Of a DNA stretch of 64,000 nucleotides, positions 62,910 to 64,000 are shown one piece after another. The stretch spans positions 167,136-231,135 of the forward strand of contig JAHEDK010000002.1 in the NCBI GenBank assembly GCA_024641245.1. The letters run 5' to 3'. Position 1 is the stretch's first letter. Every line of letters begins with the position of its first letter. The notes under the pieces are model-generated. The model saw only the letters and a program-made list of their open reading frames with translations, had not been told where the DNA came from and searched no databases. The position numbers and the translations under genes were made by a program. The DNA comes from Actinomycetes bacterium. GTDB lineage: Bacteria > Actinomycetota > Acidimicrobiia > Spongiisociales > JAHEDJ01.

Positions 62910-64000
62910 CGTCCTTGAGCGCGCAGCAGTCGACGTCGAACTGGACGATCGGATACTGCGTTTTGGAAAGGCGGATCGCATCGAGCATGCGGTCCAGGTA
63001 ATCAGCTTCGCCGGCCTCGGCCTCACTGGGCTGATCCAGAAGTTCTTCGAGTCGGCGATTTCTCAGTGGTGGATTGAGTTCCTTGGTGGGTTGCCACAGG
63101 TGCGCGTCATTCATCGCTGGCTGGCGACCATCCTCATGCTCGCCGTCATCTGGCACTTCGGTAAAGCCGGATATCGCACGTACGTCGAACGGCGACCGCG
63201 AGCCATGGTCCCGAGCAAGCGCGACTGGATTGCCATCAAGGAATCGATCGCGGTGCTGGCGGGACGGCGTCACGAACCTGTGAAACAAGGTCGATTCACG
63301 TTCGCGGAGAAGGTCGAGTACTGGTCGTTCGTCTGGGGCACCGTCTTGATGATCGCCACCGGCTATATGCTGTGGAACCCGATTTCCACCGCCAAGTTCC
63401 TCCCCGGTGATTTCATCCCGGCCGCCAAAGCGGCACACGGTGGAGAAGCGATCCTGGCTGTGCTGGCCATCCTCGTCTGGCACATCTACCACGTGCACAT
63501 CAAGCATTTCAACAAGAGCATCTTCACCGGCTACATCAGCCGGGCAGAGATGATCGAAGAACATGGCCTCGAACTCGAGGCGATGGAGGCGGGCAAGACC
63601 GGTCCGCAGGCGACACAAGCCGAGATTGTGGAGCGGCGGCGCAAGTTCCTTCCCGCCTTCGGTGTTGTGGCGGTCCTCATGATGGCCGGCATCTACTGGT
63701 TCGTGAGCTTCGAGGATACGTCGATCGCCACCATCGAGCCCATCGAAAACGTGGTGGCATACAAGCCACTGCCTCCTGAACAGCAGAGCGGCCCGGCGCT
63801 TTCTGGTGACAATCCGCTCCCGACCATCGTCATCCCCGACACCACCCTCCCCACCGAGACGACGGTGCCGCAGGGTGAAGTCACATGGGCCACGGTTGGG
63901 CCCGTTCTGGCCGATAGCTGCGGTACGTGCCATTCGGCCTCGAACTCCATGGGCGGGCTCGACCTTTCGTCGTACGAGGGGGCGCTGGGTTCCGAGGGAG
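62902..64000 (+). CDS. Di-heme b-type cytochrome (FdnI/HydC cytochrome b561 family) with C-terminal c-type heme domain; 3' end outside window
   Basis: Not in the ORF track because it has no stop in the window. GTG overlaps the upstream stop (GTGTCTGA). Four TM helices with His ligands (HRWLATILMLAVIWH; HGGEAILAVLAILVWHIYHVH). The C-terminal soluble region has CGTCH. Confidence 0.6.
   Translation, partial: MSDVLERAAVDVELDDRILRFGKADRIEHAVQVISFAGLGLTGLIQKFFESAISQWWIEFLGGLPQVRVIHRWLATILMLAVIWHFGKAGYRTYVERRPRAMVPSKRDWIAIKESIAVLAGRRHEPVKQGRFTFAEKVEYWSFVWGTVLMIATGYMLWNPISTAKFLPGDFIPAAKAAHGGEAILAVLAILVWHIYHVHIKHFNKSIFTGYISRAEMIEEHGLELEAMEAGKTGPQATQAEIVERRRKFLPAFGVVAVLMMAGIYWFVSFEDTSIATIEPIENVVAYKPLPPEQQSGPALSGDNPLPTIVIPDTTLPTETTVPQGEVTWATVGPVLADSCGTCHSASNSMGGLDLSSYEGALGSEG

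Noticed and set aside
1-64000. tRNA, rRNA or CRISPR arrays
   Set aside because: No T-loop-like GGTTCGAATCC stems in intergenic regions, no rRNA-like conserved blocks, and no regularly spaced direct repeats with unique spacers were found by eye.

Overview
High-GC (about 65-70%) chromosomal segment with an actinobacterial-type gene set (GlnE, NadE, GreA, MgtE, DUF2017-ClpS pair, Ssd/CpaE-like ATPase). Genes are densely packed and often share start/stop overlaps. The first ~34 kb holds housekeeping and regulatory genes. These include a penicillin-acylase-family fragment, a selenocysteine-containing SelD, an ECF sigma/anti-sigma pair, a GGDEF/HD-GYP response regulator, NadE, GlnE, DAHP synthase, TyrA, and an XdhC/MocA-like pair. 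The remaining ~30 kb is one large respiratory / c-type-cytochrome island. First comes an 8-gene operon with two Rieske/cytochrome b6/subunit-IV modules. Between the modules sit a subunit IV fused to an octaheme cytochrome c and a GltD-like NAD(P)H iron-sulfur flavoprotein. Next is a complete System I cytochrome c maturation set (ccmABCDE divergent from ccmF-H-I-like-G). Then come at least nine multiheme c-type cytochrome genes carrying roughly 80 CxxCH sites in total. They are interleaved with an Rrf2 regulator, a SurA-like/TPR/NHL beta-propeller trio, a NapC/NirT-like decaheme, and a CbcL-like nonaheme plus di-heme cytochrome b pair that runs off the window end. I found no rRNA, tRNA or CRISPR. 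Small palindromic REP-like repeats with the core TTCTTGCGTCA occur at three intergenic sites. A perfect 50-bp tandem repeat lies downstream of an RNA methyltransferase gene. All coordinates come from the supplied ORF track or from local reading of the sequence lines, so hand-derived start sites may be off by a few nucleotides.
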